Assembly (NCBI GenBank): GCA_040261535.1
Contig: JBDQNU010000002.1
Coordinates: 56,661 to 120,660 of the forward strand
Length of the DNA stretch: 64,000 bases
Reading direction: 5' to 3'
Source of the DNA: Poseidonia sp.
Lineage (GTDB): Archaea; Thermoplasmatota; Poseidoniia; Poseidoniales; Poseidoniaceae
This document shows positions 9,185 through 17,930 of this stretch, piece by piece. Every line of letters begins with the position of its first letter. Position 1 is the first letter of the stretch. Both the position numbers and the translations under genes were made by a program. Under the pieces are notes generated by a model. The model searched no databases. It saw nothing but the letters and a program-made list of their open reading frames with translations, and was not told the DNA's origin.

Positions 9185-12100
9185 ATGCAGAGCGGCGGAC
9201 AGCATACAATCGGCACTCGCGGCGTCTTTTTACTCCTCGTCGGCCTTATGTTTCTCACGCCGCTGAGCCCTCTTGCCAACATGACGGCGCTGGACGCCGA
9301 AGCGGCTCCCGGGACACGGCACGTCTACCTCTTCAAGGACGGGTCAACCGAACACATCGCCCTCTACCAAGGCGCCAACCCCGACCTCGGCGCCATGGTC
9401 GAACTCCCTCGAGGTGCCTTGGTGACCGACGTGACCATGACCCTTTCAGGCGCTTCCGCCACGGGATGGTCGCAAGTCGTTGCCGATGACCGTGTCCACT
9501 GGGTTCGCGGCGCTGAATCCGGAACGGACGACCGCAGCGGCGATTTGACGCTTGCCCTCTCCAACGTGAGCCGCAACTTCCTGCCGCACGGAAACGATGC
9601 TTACATTCATCCCAATTCCGATGCATGGTTGGACAACGGTTCCTATGCCTTGCGCCAACCGCACACCTCCAACGCAACGGAGACCCTCTTCTCCCAGCAG
9701 CTGACCAAGACCTCTTCGTCCTTTATGGCCCAAAGCCAAGGGGCCATTCTGAAGCATCACGATTGGTTGTTCCTCTCCACATGGTCGTCCTCGACCTTCC
9801 ACAACGTGGTGGAGCGCCTGTACCCCAACAACGCCACCCGTGAGTCGGTCATCACGCTTGAGCAGGCTTCGTGCACCTTGCCTCAGAAGCATTCCTCCTC
9901 GTACTACGCCTATTACGGGTTCCGTGATTGGACCGTGACCGACGACGAACGCTTGTTCGGTATCCTTTCGGGCTACCGCTACTCCTACGGTTCCACGGCT
10001 CCCGTCAACTACCATCGAGTGATGGAAATGGACATCTCACGTGACGACACGTGGACCTGCATTGATTCCTATGACATCTCTCCATCGGTTGGCGAGTACA
10101 CCGGAATCGCTTACGATCGGGACACTGGAAAGGTTTGGGTGGCGCACAACGCCATGAATCGGCTCTACGCTTACGATTTCGCTGGAGACGGAACGTCCAC
10201 CTACACCCGCAGTCAAGAATTCTACACCTACACCTCGTCCTCCAGTTCAACCTGGGAATGTGGCGGTAGCACGTCGAACAACCAGAAGCAAATGCTACGC
10301 GGCTTGGAAGTCAACGGATCGACCTTCTACATGCGATGCCAGAAGGACTACTACTACAATGACCGGGACCAACTTGAGGCCTGGTCGGTTTCGGGTTCCT
10401 CCTCTGCTCTGATTCCCGAGTCAACCGTCCGCCAAATCTCTCGACTTGGGTACGGCTTGCAATTTGACGGCGAGCGCTTTGTTACCGTTGATTGTGGCTA
10501 CTCAACGTGGTCCGGCGCTACGCTCTACTACCGTGAATTCGGAACCGGATGGCTCTACGAAACAACACCGTCGCCGGGCACGACCACTTGGTACGGCGAT
10601 GTGATTCAAACGGGCGACCCTGTTTTGGCTGCGAACGTTCAGACCTACTGGTCCGCCGCATCCATTGGTGACCGCGTTGACTACTGGGTCTCCGCTGACA
10701 ACGGAACGCACTGGGAAGAAGTGGAATCGAACTCGACCATTCACTTTGACTACCCAGGGACCGAATTGGTGTGGAAGGCCCAACTCATCGGCTCCACGGC
10801 GGTGTCGTGGTGGGTTGACATGGATTATGCCACGGCCTATTCTTCGCAAGGCGATTGGACCTCTCCGTACTTCAACACCGGCACCAAGGTCGGAAAGGTT
10901 CGTCCGCAATGGACCGCCGATGTTCCCGCTGGAACCACGCTGACCGTCCAAGTCTCAAACGACAACGGAACCACCTGGCTGGACGCCACGAACAATGCAG
11001 AAACGAGCTTTTCAACCGAAGCCGCTGGAAACACGCTTCGCTATGCCGTGGTGATGGGAACCAACGACGCCACCAAGACGCCCAAACTCGACCGCTTTGT
11101 CTTGGAATACGAGGAAGGTTACCCGGACCGGCCCATGCTCGATATTGGCGGTGACGGGACGTACGATTGGGAATCCGATATTTTCCTCAACGAGTCTTCC
11201 GTCGTCGCCTCCGATGACTCGCCGGTCGGTGAGATCGTCAAGCGAGCTCCAACCCTCGTGGACGCCTTCAACGACCACATCCCCGAAAACGGAGACGGCA
11301 TGGTGACCGTTCCAATTGGCGTGAAAGCAGCGAGTGCAGGCCGTGTGAAGATCTCCAACATCGACATCACCTATGCCATGCAGACTCGCGCCGTGGATGC
11401 GTCCTTCGAGGGCGGCCTCGCTGCCCCGGACGGGATCTACAGGAACTTCATCACACGGGTTGCTCCGGGTGACGAAGTCGACCGTGTTACCAAGGCGGTC
11501 ATCGCCATCGACCACACGTATGGCGAGAACCCTTCGTTCAACTGGGAGCGAGGCGATGTTTGCTCGGTCAATTCGGACGGCGGTGGCATTGTCGTCTTCG
11601 ACGTCACCAACTGCACCTCAACCGTCGATGCCAACGATGTCGTCTCCATTTGGATGCCAACCAAGGTGAACTGGAGTTGGAACGACGAGGCAAGTACCGA
11701 AGCCATCATTTCGGTCGAGGACGACTTGGGACCATCGGTGACCCAGTGGATGACCTCGGACATGGAATTGGTCGTTGAAAACGACATCCAGCTTGACGGC
11801 CTGCGTGTCTGGGAAGAAACCGGTCGGCAACTCTATCCGATGGATTGGGTGCGTGGAGGATTCAACCTCAGTTTCAGCGGCTCGATCCACTTCCAGGACT
11901 CACAACTCATGCCTCCAGCAGGGAGTTTCTCTCTGCGCGTCATCGGTCAGAACGTCACCTTCGACGGCGACCCGATGGGTGAACCCATGGTGCTCTATGA
12001 AGAGGTGAACCCGGCCTTCGGTGCCTACAACATGACCTTCACCTCTCCCATTGAATCCGCTCCTGGAGGGATGATCTTCTACGTCCAAGCCGTCGACCTC

Positions 12101-14632
12101 GAAAACGGTTCAACCTTCACCAACCCCAACTACAACAGCATCCGTTTGATTCTCGACGGCAATTCACCGCTCGTGCTGAGCGCCACCCCGCTTGACGGTA
12201 CTGAACGCCATGCTGGCGCAGCCGGCGTCGGTCAACCCGTCTCCATCGTGGTCCAAGATTCGGTTGACCCTCCGCGGCAGTTGAACCTTCACTACTGGGT
12301 TGGGTGCAAAGCCAGCGAAGCCATCGGCTGTACGGATTACAACTTTGACGGGCTCCCCAACGAAGACGAGTACGAACTGGTCACCCTTTCCTCGCCTGAA
12401 ACGCGAGCCGGTGGCCTCAACATCTTCGAAGGGCTCATTGACGATTCCATGCTCCTGCATCGACAGCGGGTTTCGTTTTACGTCTCGGGTGAAGACGAGC
12501 AAAACAATCAGATCGCCATGGGCCAAGGACCCGTATGTCCCGCCTCGACCATCACCTGCGGCAACCGCCCGGGTGAAGTGCTCCCCGATTGGGATGCAGA
12601 TTTGGTCACCTACCACATTCGTCAAGAATTTGAACCTGAAGTTGACCTTGGGAACACGTCGATCCTCGGTCACGATGACTACGCCCCCCTTCACCCCGGC
12701 ATCCCCTACACTGCGCAGATCAAGTTGAGCGACACGAACGGATGGCAGGACATTCAGTATGTCCAAGTCGCCCTTGGAGGTGACTTCGATGACGACGAAT
12801 CCTCGTTGTTCATTTCCCTCGCCGAAGGTCAAGACGGTCATCCAAAAGCGGTCATGACTCCGGGTTCGAGCAACATCGCTGTTTCCAACCTGTATTCGAC
12901 GGTTTCACTGGAGGAAGGTGACGATTCCGTGGTGGTCATTCAAGCACGCTTCCAACTAACCTGGATGTTCCCCGAATCCTTTGACACAAACGGCGTGAGT
13001 CACTTCCTCCCCCGGGTCAAAGTCACCGACATGCCGTGCAACGACAACGAGGTGACGCCTTGTTTCGAGGTCATGGAAGGCATGGGCGACGATTGGTGGA
13101 GCCTTGACAACGATTTCCGCTTTGATACGGAAGCAGGTCACATTCGTGCCATCGAACTGAGGAACAGCGAGAACCACTACAACGAAGAAAATTTCGAAAC
13201 GATCATCGGTGCTGGCCAAGCCCTCCGGGTTTCCGGGCGGGTGCTGTTCTCGGAAGACGAAACTCCGGCTCCTCCCGGTGCCTTTGACGTCGTGTTTGGG
13301 GATTTCCAAAACAACTGGAGAACCTCCACTCGCGAGGACGGTGACTTCAGTCTTGATTTGCTTGTTCCTTCGGTGCGTTCGGGCCGTTTGGACCTCCGTT
13401 TGAGCATGGACGATTTGCCCGGTTTGGCCGTTGACGAAAGCGAATTTTCGCCTCGGGTCCGCCTCGCCGTTGACAGTTCACGGCCCACCATCGACAGCAT
13501 CTCCCTTGGCGGCGTGCCCGTTGGCTCCCCGTTATCGATTGGGGCTGCTGAGAACCTCGAGGTCATTCTTGTTACCAACGATGAAAACGGGTTTGACTTT
13601 GAGGAGGCCGCTGTGCTTCACTATCGCGTGAAGGCCGGTGAAGCCGAAATTTCTCGAGGCAGCGTTCTGCTCCCCGACATCACCAGTTTCGGTCAGGAAT
13701 ACTTCTGGAGCGGCAGATTGGATTTGACGGATGCGGGTGCAACGACGCTGTTGCCGTCGTACACCGTTGACGTTTGGGTTTCTGGCTCGGACAAGGCAGG
13801 AAACCCCTTCAACACCGTCGACAATTCGATGATGGAACCGTTTGCTTCATGGCCGCTCGCTCTGCTGGGTCCCCGCATCGATTTGCAGCATGAAGCGTCC
13901 AGTCTTCAATGGGACATTCCGTCTCCGTACGAAGGCGAAACCGCAACGTTGTTCGTTGAAACCGAGAATCTGGGCGGTAGCGGTCAAGTTGAGTACGCTC
14001 TGCAAACCTTGGTCGAGGGTGGATTCTGGTCCACCGTTGAAATTGCAGGCGTTGAAGCGACGGCTGGAGCGACCCTCACGGCTGCCTTGCCGGTAACGCC
14101 TGTGGAAAGCGCCGGCTCCACCATTGAGTACCGGGTTTTGGTCTTGGTTGACGGCGTTGAAATGGACCGTGCCACCGTTGCCTCGTTGTTCATCAAGGAA
14201 GAAACGGTTCGTGACGGCGAAGCGCTCACGCAACAACTCTCCAGCGATGTGTTCAGCGTGACGTTGTTCGTCATCGCCCTCGCCTCGGTTTCGTTCGGGA
14301 TGTACGCTCTCGTGCTTCGTCGGCGCTTGCTCGCCCCTGAAACCGAGGAAGAACTCGCCGATCAAACCGATGTGGTCGTCGAGGAAATGGTCTCGGGCAA
14401 GACCGTCCCAACGCTTCAGGCTCCGCCCGTACCGCCTGCACCGTCAGGCCAAGTGCCGCCACCGCCTCCCGGTGCCAAAGCACCGCCTGCTCCTCAACAA
14501 GCACCGGCTGCGCCCGGTCCTGACCGAAGTTCACCTCCTCCGGTTCCTCCAACCGGCCTTCCCGAGGGTTGGACCCAAGCACAGTGGGACTCGTACGGCT
14601 GGAAGTACATCGACGCCCTCGCCAAGAAATGA
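9185..14632 (+). CDS. Giant type I membrane surface protein (1815 aa): signal peptide, large ectodomain, C-terminal TM, Pro-rich cytoplasmic tail
   Basis: N-terminal signal GVFLLLVGLMFLTPLSPLANMTALDA. C-terminal TM VFSVTLFVIALASVSFGMYALVL followed by RRR. The tail ends PPVPPTGLPEGWTQAQWDSYGWKYIDALAKK. Single uninterrupted ORF. Confidence 0.85.
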   Translation: MQSGGQHTIGTRGVFLLLVGLMFLTPLSPLANMTALDAEAAPGTRHVYLFKDGSTEHIALYQGANPDLGAMVELPRGALVTDVTMTLSGASATGWSQVVADDRVHWVRGAESGTDDRSGDLTLALSNVSRNFLPHGNDAYIHPNSDAWLDNGSYALRQPHTSNATETLFSQQLTKTSSSFMAQSQGAILKHHDWLFLSTWSSSTFHNVVERLYPNNATRESVITLEQASCTLPQKHSSSYYAYYGFRDWTVTDDERLFGILSGYRYSYGSTAPVNYHRVMEMDISRDDTWTCIDSYDISPSVGEYTGIAYDRDTGKVWVAHNAMNRLYAYDFAGDGTSTYTRSQEFYTYTSSSSSTWECGGSTSNNQKQMLRGLEVNGSTFYMRCQKDYYYNDRDQLEAWSVSGSSSALIPESTVRQISRLGYGLQFDGERFVTVDCGYSTWSGATLYYREFGTGWLYETTPSPGTTTWYGDVIQTGDPVLAANVQTYWSAASIGDRVDYWVSADNGTHWEEVESNSTIHFDYPGTELVWKAQLIGSTAVSWWVDMDYATAYSSQGDWTSPYFNTGTKVGKVRPQWTADVPAGTTLTVQVSNDNGTTWLDATNNAETSFSTEAAGNTLRYAVVMGTNDATKTPKLDRFVLEYEEGYPDRPMLDIGGDGTYDWESDIFLNESSVVASDDSPVGEIVKRAPTLVDAFNDHIPENGDGMVTVPIGVKAASAGRVKISNIDITYAMQTRAVDASFEGGLAAPDGIYRNFITRVAPGDEVDRVTKAVIAIDHTYGENPSFNWERGDVCSVNSDGGGIVVFDVTNCTSTVDANDVVSIWMPTKVNWSWNDEASTEAIISVEDDLGPSVTQWMTSDMELVVENDIQLDGLRVWEETGRQLYPMDWVRGGFNLSFSGSIHFQDSQLMPPAGSFSLRVIGQNVTFDGDPMGEPMVLYEEVNPAFGAYNMTFTSPIESAPGGMIFYVQAVDLENGSTFTNPNYNSIRLILDGNSPLVLSATPLDGTERHAGAAGVGQPVSIVVQDSVDPPRQLNLHYWVGCKASEAIGCTDYNFDGLPNEDEYELVTLSSPETRAGGLNIFEGLIDDSMLLHRQRVSFYVSGEDEQNNQIAMGQGPVCPASTITCGNRPGEVLPDWDADLVTYHIRQEFEPEVDLGNTSILGHDDYAPLHPGIPYTAQIKLSDTNGWQDIQYVQVALGGDFDDDESSLFISLAEGQDGHPKAVMTPGSSNIAVSNLYSTVSLEEGDDSVVVIQARFQLTWMFPESFDTNGVSHFLPRVKVTDMPCNDNEVTPCFEVMEGMGDDWWSLDNDFRFDTEAGHIRAIELRNSENHYNEENFETIIGAGQALRVSGRVLFSEDETPAPPGAFDVVFGDFQNNWRTSTREDGDFSLDLLVPSVRSGRLDLRLSMDDLPGLAVDESEFSPRVRLAVDSSRPTIDSISLGGVPVGSPLSIGAAENLEVILVTNDENGFDFEEAAVLHYRVKAGEAEISRGSVLLPDITSFGQEYFWSGRLDLTDAGATTLLPSYTVDVWVSGSDKAGNPFNTVDNSMMEPFASWPLALLGPRIDLQHEASSLQWDIPSPYEGETATLFVETENLGGSGQVEYALQTLVEGGFWSTVEIAGVEATAGATLTAALPVTPVESAGSTIEYRVLVLVDGVEMDRATVASLFIKEETVRDGEALTQQLSSDVFSVTLFVIALASVSFGMYALVLRRRLLAPETEEELADQTDVVVEEMVSGKTVPTLQAPPVPPAPSGQVPPPPPGAKAPPAPQQAPAAPGPDRSSPPPVPPTGLPEGWTQAQWDSYGWKYIDALAKK

Positions 14633-14645
14633 GGATTGATTCAGC

Positions 14646-15086
14646 GTGGTTGACACCCCTGTTGACGGCATGGTCACCTTGCAGGAGCGTACCGTGAACT
14701 TGGTGAATCAACTCAACATGCCGCTGGTTGAAGTGTCCTTGGTTCTTGCCCGCCACATCAATCGGCTCATGCAAACGTTGACCGAGCATCTTGACGCCAC
14801 CAATCAGTCAGCGAGCGAACGCGTTACACGTCCGTGGCCTCTAGATGTTGAGGCGGCGGCTTCTTCGTCGAATTTCTCGCTTGACAAGGTCATGGACATC
14901 GTCGACCAGCAACGAATGGACATTCTGGATACGCTTATTCGCGTCACCTTGGTTGAAATCAACGCCTCGGTCATCGACGCCCTGCTCGCTCTCCGGGCTT
15001 GGGAACACCTCGCTCGTATGCAGCTGGCGCTTGCAACCGGACCGGGGCAGTTGTTCTCTCCGTTGGAGATTCCAGAAGACTGGTGA
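14646..15086 (+). CDS. Hypothetical small helical protein (no signal peptide)
   Basis: 146-aa ORF starting at GTG, 13 nt after the giant gene's stop (alternative ATG at 14670). No recognisable motif. Supported by its position between two same-strand genes. Confidence 0.45.
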   Translation: MVDTPVDGMVTLQERTVNLVNQLNMPLVEVSLVLARHINRLMQTLTEHLDATNQSASERVTRPWPLDVEAAASSSNFSLDKVMDIVDQQRMDILDTLIRVTLVEINASVIDALLALRAWEHLARMQLALATGPGQLFSPLEIPEDW

Positions 15087-15123
15087 ACAAGGACTTCAAA
15101 AACGAGGGCGGCGAGGTCGTGTC

Positions 15124-15912
15124 ATGACCCATGCCCGTGGAACGGCCCTCGTGCTCGTGACGCTGGTGTTGTTGGTGCCGGCCTCAGGCTGCTTGGGCGA
15201 AGATGGGCTGCAGGTTTTCCCCGAAAAGAAAGGCGTTCCCGGCGGCCTTACTTTGGCGTGTTTGCGGGACGCTTCGTTCACGTCGATGGTGATTGAAATC
15301 GACCACGCCCCCGGTTACCGGCCGTACACGAGTTCCACGGACCTTTTGGTGGAGCGGTTGGAACAAGTTTGTGAAAAACCCGGAGGCATCCGCATTCAAT
15401 ACAACGAGGTGGCGTTTGGAGAACAGGCTTCATGGAGCGCCCAAGATGTTCGCGACGAAGGTTGGGAGAACAAGGACGCCTCTCCCATGGACGGGAACAC
15501 GCTTCGATGGCAGATCCTCTTCCCAGAGGGGACCTACGAAGACGAGAGTGTTCTCGGTGTCGCCGTCGATGCATCGACCATGGCGCTTTTCAGCGATGCG
15601 ATTGAGGAGGCTGACGGCCTGTTTGGCCGACCTTCCGTTGAAGACGTTGAGAACAGCGTCATCGTCCACGAGGCAGGCCACCTGCTCGGTTTGGTTAACC
15701 TCGTCTACACCTCTCCCGTGAATCACGAAGATCCGGATCACCCGGGGCACTCAAGCAACGACGATTCGGTGATGTATTGGGCCATTGAATCCACGGGACT
15801 GGTGAATTTCATCACGGGCGACCTTCCAACGGCGTTTGATGACGATGATTTGGCGGATCTTGCAGGTTTGGCGAGCGGGGACATCCCGGTTGGAGATCAA
15901 CTCTGGCCTTGA
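15124..15912 (+). CDS. Metzincin-like zinc metalloprotease, predicted lipoprotein
   Basis: Start at ATG 15124: MTHARGTALVLVTLVLLVPASGC, a signal peptide plus lipobox-like SGC. Zinc motif HEAGHLLGLVN, nearby HEDPDHPGH, and a possible Met-turn SVMYW. The track ORF start at 14845 overlaps the previous gene. Confidence 0.7.
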   Translation: MTHARGTALVLVTLVLLVPASGCLGEDGLQVFPEKKGVPGGLTLACLRDASFTSMVIEIDHAPGYRPYTSSTDLLVERLEQVCEKPGGIRIQYNEVAFGEQASWSAQDVRDEGWENKDASPMDGNTLRWQILFPEGTYEDESVLGVAVDASTMALFSDAIEEADGLFGRPSVEDVENSVIVHEAGHLLGLVNLVYTSPVNHEDPDHPGHSSNDDSVMYWAIESTGLVNFITGDLPTAFDDDDLADLAGLASGDIPVGDQLWP

Positions 15913-16232
15913 CCCATCCCTGCCACGGCGTCCCGCCAGGCATCGAAGATGGACCAGACGTAGAGCAGAACCCAGAGAACGATGGTGAGCGCCAACGGAA
16001 TTTGCAACAAACTCCAGTCCGTTGCTCGCTGATGTTGTCGGTTGAAATGTTGGCCGAGGAACAGGAACGGCACCGCGGCGAGAAGGGCTGCAATCAGCGG
16101 TCTCAGGGCGCCCCACATGCCTACGCCAAAGGTGATTTCACGCCAAATCTCTCGAAGAATTCGGGTGCCGAGAAACCCTCCCTCGTTGGCGTTGGAATCC
16201 GGGCTGAGTTGGACCACCAATTCCTCTTCCAT
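15897..16232 (-). CDS. Small membrane protein (2 predicted TM helices), hypothetical
   Basis: 111 aa with two hydrophobic stretches (LRPLIAALLAAVPFLFLG, LLQIPLALTIVLWVLLYVWSIF). It is the only ORF here with protein-like composition. Confidence 0.4.
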   Translation of the reverse strand: MEEELVVQLSPDSNANEGGFLGTRILREIWREITFGVGMWGALRPLIAALLAAVPFLFLGQHFNRQHQRATDWSLLQIPLALTIVLWVLLYVWSIFDAWRDAVAGMGQGQS

Positions 16233-16318
16233 GGACTGTGCTCGTCGTGCTCATTTGTGAACTTGGCGCATGGAAGCGGGGGGATTGGATGAAAAACCCC
16301 TGCCTTGATGGCCGTTCA

Positions 16319-17395
16319 ATGTCGGTCAAATCCGTTCTTGTCACGGGTTTTGAACCGTTTGGGGGTCACACCAAGAACGTCAGCGCTGAAGTGGCGAGAC
16401 GGTTGAGCGACCTCACGGAAATTGTGCATCCGTGGACGGGAACATCGGTTCCAGTTTCGGTAACCATGGATGTCTTGAGCGTTGACCGAAAAGGTGCATG
16501 CAAAACAGCTGCGCGTATACGAAACGGGGAGACGTACGATGCCATCCTGCACCTCGGCCTTTGTGAGCGGTGCGAACATCCGCAAATCGAACGCTTGGCC
16601 AGAGATCGATTGGACATGCGAATACCGGACAACCTCGGTCGTCAAGTCCGTGAAACGCCGTTGGACGGAGAGGGGGATAGGGGCATTTGGGTTGACCCTT
16701 CTCGTTGGCCAGCCAACGCCTTCAACGTGCCTTTTCACCTGTCGACCAACGCAGGAGCCTACTTGTGCAACGAGACGTTCTTTGAAACGCTCAAATCGCT
16801 CGGTGAAACCACCCAAAAGCCTCTGCCCCCGCCTTGCGTATTTGTTCATCTCCCCGATGCTCACCGTTTGCCGGTCGAAGCAAGCACGGCGTTCTCACAA
16901 CACGTGCTGGCCTTCCTTCTTCATCCAACGCCGAATGTCCCTGTCCATGTCGTTGCTGGCTACCTTTCGGATGGCATGGGCAAGCACCTCATTGCGAAAC
17001 GAAGTCCGGGTGAATTTGACGCCGGGTCATGGGAATTTCCCGGCGGGAAAATTGAGGCAGGTGAGTCGTGGGCAGCGTCCGTTGAGCGTGAACTTCGTGA
17101 AGAATTGAGACTTGATGTCACGGGCCGTCACCTTCTCGGCACGGTGGTGCGAGATGTCGGCACGACCACCTATGCGGTGCATCTTGTTCGTTGCGATTGG
17201 CCCGGGGCGTTGGACCGGCTCGCCCTCGATGTCCACGATGCCGTTGCGTGGGTGAATCTCACGGACAGCGACCGACCTTGGGCGGGTCGGGATGCCGAAT
17301 TTCATTCGCTGATCTGCGACTTGACTCACAACCAGGTTGAGGCGTCTCCGTCCTCGGTCATCGCTCGTTCATCGTTGATGGAACGCGGGACCTGA
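16319..17395 (+). CDS. pcp: Pyrrolidone-carboxylate peptidase (peptidase C15) fused to a Nudix hydrolase domain
   Basis: N-terminal half: KSVLVTGFEPFGG, the Cys motif AGAYLCNETFF and VFVHLP, which are Pcp hallmarks. C-terminal half: Nudix box GGKIEAGESWAASVERELREELRL. Start chosen at ATG 16319 (MSVKSVLVTGFEPFGG). Confidence 0.8.
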   Translation: MSVKSVLVTGFEPFGGHTKNVSAEVARRLSDLTEIVHPWTGTSVPVSVTMDVLSVDRKGACKTAARIRNGETYDAILHLGLCERCEHPQIERLARDRLDMRIPDNLGRQVRETPLDGEGDRGIWVDPSRWPANAFNVPFHLSTNAGAYLCNETFFETLKSLGETTQKPLPPPCVFVHLPDAHRLPVEASTAFSQHVLAFLLHPTPNVPVHVVAGYLSDGMGKHLIAKRSPGEFDAGSWEFPGGKIEAGESWAASVERELREELRLDVTGRHLLGTVVRDVGTTTYAVHLVRCDWPGALDRLALDVHDAVAWVNLTDSDRPWAGRDAEFHSLICDLTHNQVEASPSSVIARSSLMERGT

Positions 17396-17841
17396 CTTCG
17401 GCCGGGATGCCAAGTTGCCGCTTGGAGCCACTCGTCCAGTCCGTTGCCCTCAATGGCGACGGTGAACACGCCGCCGAGCGGTGCTTCCCCCGGAATGGGG
17501 AAGGCAATTTTTCCAGCCAGAGCCGCAAGCCGAGAGATGGTGAATTCGGTTTTGTCCCCTTGCAGTCCTCCCGCCATGGCGTCCAGAGCCGTATCGAGGA
17601 TTCGCTGTTCGTGGAGCAAATGGAGGAAGGTTTTGAGAGAGACGCTCTCGAAGGACCAATCCACGTTTGAGGCCTTTCCAAAGACGGGTTCGGGTGTTTC
17701 TTGCCCTCCGCCTGCTTCGGGGAACACGTTGAGAAGGGCGGTCGTCACTTGAATCGGAGAGTCGGCTCCCCGAAGTTGCGTTGAAACCACGACGGAAAAT
17801 CCCTCCCCAACCCCGCTGAGACGGAGCCGTTGGTCAACCAT
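17326..17841 (-). CDS. Probable UPF0201 / COG1931-type RNA-binding protein
   Basis: VVVSTQLRGADSPIQVTTALLNVFPE and FTISRLAALAGKIAFPIPGEAPLGGVFTVAIEG resemble my memory of the UPF0201 family pattern. The 3' end overlaps the convergent pcp-nudix gene by 70 bp. Confidence 0.45.
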   Translation of the reverse strand: MVDQRLRLSGVGEGFSVVVSTQLRGADSPIQVTTALLNVFPEAGGGQETPEPVFGKASNVDWSFESVSLKTFLHLLHEQRILDTALDAMAGGLQGDKTEFTISRLAALAGKIAFPIPGEAPLGGVFTVAIEGNGLDEWLQAATWHPGRSQVPRSINDERAMTEDGDASTWL

Positions 17842-17930
17842 GCTCCCGGGAGAGGGCCGTAGGCCAAGAAGGTAGGGGTCAAGGGAAAAACGAGCGAAGG
17901 GGTGAAGTGAACATTGCCTACCCCGATGGC

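Noticed and set aside
9446-14789. Minus-strand and alternate-frame ORFs inside 9185-14632 (e.g. 9446-10015, 11012-11515, 12164-12841, 13847-14365, 14271-14789)
   Set aside because: Shadow ORFs within one uninterrupted 1815-codon frame. No motifs recognised.
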